From: a virus
Reading direction: 5' to 3' (one strand)
Length of the DNA: 64,000 nucleotides
IMG/VR virus record: IMGVR_UViG_3300025254_000001
Shown: piece after piece, positions 62,450 through 64,000 of the stretch
Numbering within the stretch: position 1 is the first letter of the stretch
Layout of the letters: every line of letters starts with the position of its first letter
Made by a program: the position numbers and the translations under genes
Notes under the pieces: generated by a model
Told to the model about the DNA's origin: nothing
The model's input: only the letters and a program-made list of their open reading frames with translations
Databases searched by the model: none

Positions 62450-62704
62450 ATGTCCAACACCATTGACGATCTCGTCACCGCAGTCGCGGCCCAAACCGGC
62501 GAGGTCGCCAGCCTGACGGCGTTCATCGCAGGCCTCGAACAGCAGCTGAAGGACGCGCTGGCGAACGTGACGCTGTCGCCCGAAACCCAGGCCAAGGTCG
62601 ACGCGGTCTTCGCGGGCGTGACGGCCAATTCGCAGGCCATCTCGGACGCCATCGCTTCGAACCCTGGCGCCCCGACGCCGCCCGCTCCCGCGCCGGCGCC
62701 CTAG
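62450..62704 (+). CDS. Hypothetical coiled-coil protein with Pro/Ala tail (lone + strand gene in the island)
   Basis: 84 aa. Third-position GC is high from ATG 62450 onward. Divergent from the 62308 promoter. Confidence 0.45.
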   Translation: MSNTIDDLVTAVAAQTGEVASLTAFIAGLEQQLKDALANVTLSPETQAKVDAVFAGVTANSQAISDAIASNPGAPTPPAPAPAP

Positions 62705-63108
62705 TCGATTTCCCAGGCGCCGTCACGCGCGGTCGTCGGCAGCCGCGACGCGGCTTCCTTGATCGCGTTGACGATCGCCTGGGCCAGCGAGTCGGTGTAG
62801 CTGTCGGCCTCGCACGCCTGATAGGCGTAGCAGCTGCAGCCGTTCACGATCGTGCCCGGCGACGGCAGCTCGGTCACCAGCTCGAAGATCCAGGGGCTGC
62901 TGGTCGAATCGGCGTCCGCGCTCTCGCGACCGTAGCGCGCGGCGATGGCCTCGACGTTGGCCTCGTAGAGGATCTCGCCAGCGATTTCGCAGACGATCGG
63001 GTCGTCGAGCGCGAAGCGCTTGCCGTTGTGCGCGGCGATGATGCCGTTCGCGTGGCCCCAGGACACCAGGGTGCTGATGTGGTGGGAGCTGCAGAGGAAC
63101 GCGCTCAT
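62701..63108 (-). CDS. Hypothetical protein
   Basis: 135 aa. Convergent 4-nt overlap with 62450-62704. Confidence 0.5.
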   Translation of the reverse strand: MSAFLCSSHHISTLVSWGHANGIIAAHNGKRFALDDPIVCEIAGEILYEANVEAIAARYGRESADADSTSSPWIFELVTELPSPGTIVNGCSCYAYQACEADSYTDSLAQAIVNAIKEAASRLPTTARDGAWEID

Positions 63109-63335
63109 GATTGGCTCCTCGGGATCAGGTTCATGGCTTCGGCGTAGGCCACCGCGCAGGGCAGCCAGTCGTCGTCGCTGGGGCGCGGGACGCGAGGCGT
63201 GGGCAGAAAACCGTCTTCGACGGCTGTCGTCACGTCGTCATCCCACAGCTCGAAGATCGTCGGTTGCGCGGCGCTGCCCAGGCTGATGTACTGGCGGTCG
63301 CGCTCGAACCACGTGACGCAGCTGAAATCGGTCAT
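63105..63335 (-). CDS. Hypothetical acidic protein
   Basis: 76 aa from ATG 63335 with SD GGGAGAA. Confidence 0.5.
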   Translation of the reverse strand: MTDFSCVTWFERDRQYISLGSAAQPTIFELWDDDVTTAVEDGFLPTPRVPRPSDDDWLPCAVAYAEAMNLIPRSQS

Positions 63336-63349
63336 GGTGGTTCTCCCGT

Positions 63350-63997
63350 TCAGGCGGCGGCGAGGAGGGCGCTTGCACCCTTCCACTCCGCTTCCAGCCC
63401 GTAGTTCTTCGCGCAGGTCGGGCCGAAGCCCACTGCCGTGCTGTGCTCGTCGGTCAGCTTGGTGTTGCAGAAGCAGCAGCGCCCGGTCAGCGCGCCGTGC
63501 TTCTTGGCCACGCCGGCCGGGTCCTTCGAGAACTCCTGCAGCAGCCGGCGAACGGCGCGCACGTCTTCCTCGGTGATCGAGCGGCTCTGCGTCCAGTTGC
63601 CCGCGGCGTCGACCCGGCCGAACCACACGTTGCTGCCGTAGCTGCCGCCGTCCGTCACCTGCACCTGGCCCTCGTGCTTGCTGCGCGGGCCCGCCAGCGA
63701 GAGGTGCACTGGTTGGTGGTCGATCTGGAGAACGATCTTCGGATAGCGCAGCTTCTGCTTGGCGCGCTGGAACAGCGCCATTACGCCGTTGAAGTCGCCC
63801 ACCGTTTCTGTGGCGGGCTGGTCCGCCGCGGGGTTGGTGGCTCGCTGGGTGAGCTTGTCGACCCACAGCCACTGCTTGTCCGACAGGGAGCGGCGGCGCG
63901 AGAAGGACGTGATGAGGTCGACGGCGAACGCCTGGTCGCCGCCGCTCAGGCGGGGAAGGGCATCCGTCAAGGATGCGACGCGGGTGCTTTCGTTCAT
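63350..63997 (-). CDS. Protein with C-terminal DUF6011-like zinc motif
   Basis: 215 aa. GRCCFCNTKLTDEHSTAVGFGPTCAKNYGL motif. The start is 3 nt from the window edge. Confidence 0.55.
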   Translation of the reverse strand: MNESTRVASLTDALPRLSGGDQAFAVDLITSFSRRRSLSDKQWLWVDKLTQRATNPAADQPATETVGDFNGVMALFQRAKQKLRYPKIVLQIDHQPVHLSLAGPRSKHEGQVQVTDGGSYGSNVWFGRVDAAGNWTQSRSITEEDVRAVRRLLQEFSKDPAGVAKKHGALTGRCCFCNTKLTDEHSTAVGFGPTCAKNYGLEAEWKGASALLAAA

Positions 63998-64000
63998 GGC

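Larger units (their letters stand above)
1..64000. mobile_element. Temperate siphovirus-type phage genome, apparently in non-integrated (attP) configuration
   Basis: Contiguous phage modules fill the window. Integrase plus attP-like site (43.4-44.8 kb) have phage genes on both sides. No host housekeeping genes are seen. Confidence 0.85.

Overview
The window reads as one high-GC temperate siphovirus-type phage genome, probably from a beta-proteobacterial (Burkholderiales-like) host. It appears to be in the non-integrated form: an attP-like site carrying the 3' end of tRNA-His sits beside a tyrosine integrase, with phage genes on both sides.

Layout:
- 17-31563 (+): late operon. It runs small and large terminase, a prohead protease-major capsid fusion, portal, a collagen-like protein, a six-gene glycosyltransferase/methyltransferase cassette, connector, adaptor and neck proteins, major tail, G/G-T chaperone with a -1 slippery site, tape measure, a GTA-like distal tail module, tail fibres, lysis genes and a secreted GH5 hydrolase.
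- 31568-43097 (-): about 31 small, translationally coupled accessory genes.
- 43.4-43.6 kb: attP.
- 43594-50857 (-): integrase, Xis-like protein, a ParB-like protein, RecT and an exonuclease.
- 51.0-51.8 kb: CI/Cro-like switch with repeated operator-like motifs.
- 51.5-55.96 kb (+): early-right operon ending in a Q-like putative antiterminator.
- 56.4-64.0 kb (-): an island of short transcription units sharing one promoter motif. It encodes a DNA methyltransferase and DUF932, DUF488, DUF6011-like, RHH and HTH proteins.

Most interesting observations:
1. A glycosylation cassette is embedded in the head-morphogenesis operon, directly after a collagen-like protein.
2. A 570-aa beta-helix enzyme-like domain is fused through a Pro/Ser/Thr linker to a DUF3168 tail-terminator domain.
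3. An AT-rich, ORF-poor island splits the head and tail modules. It contains four iteron-like repeats with a 47-49 bp period.
4. Part of that island recurs as a second copy between two convergent terminators at 56.2 kb, with a compensatory base-pair change in a shared hairpin.
5. The late operon is punctuated by intrinsic terminators, which fits the Q-like gene.

All family assignments come from my own reading of the translated ORFs. No database search was run.
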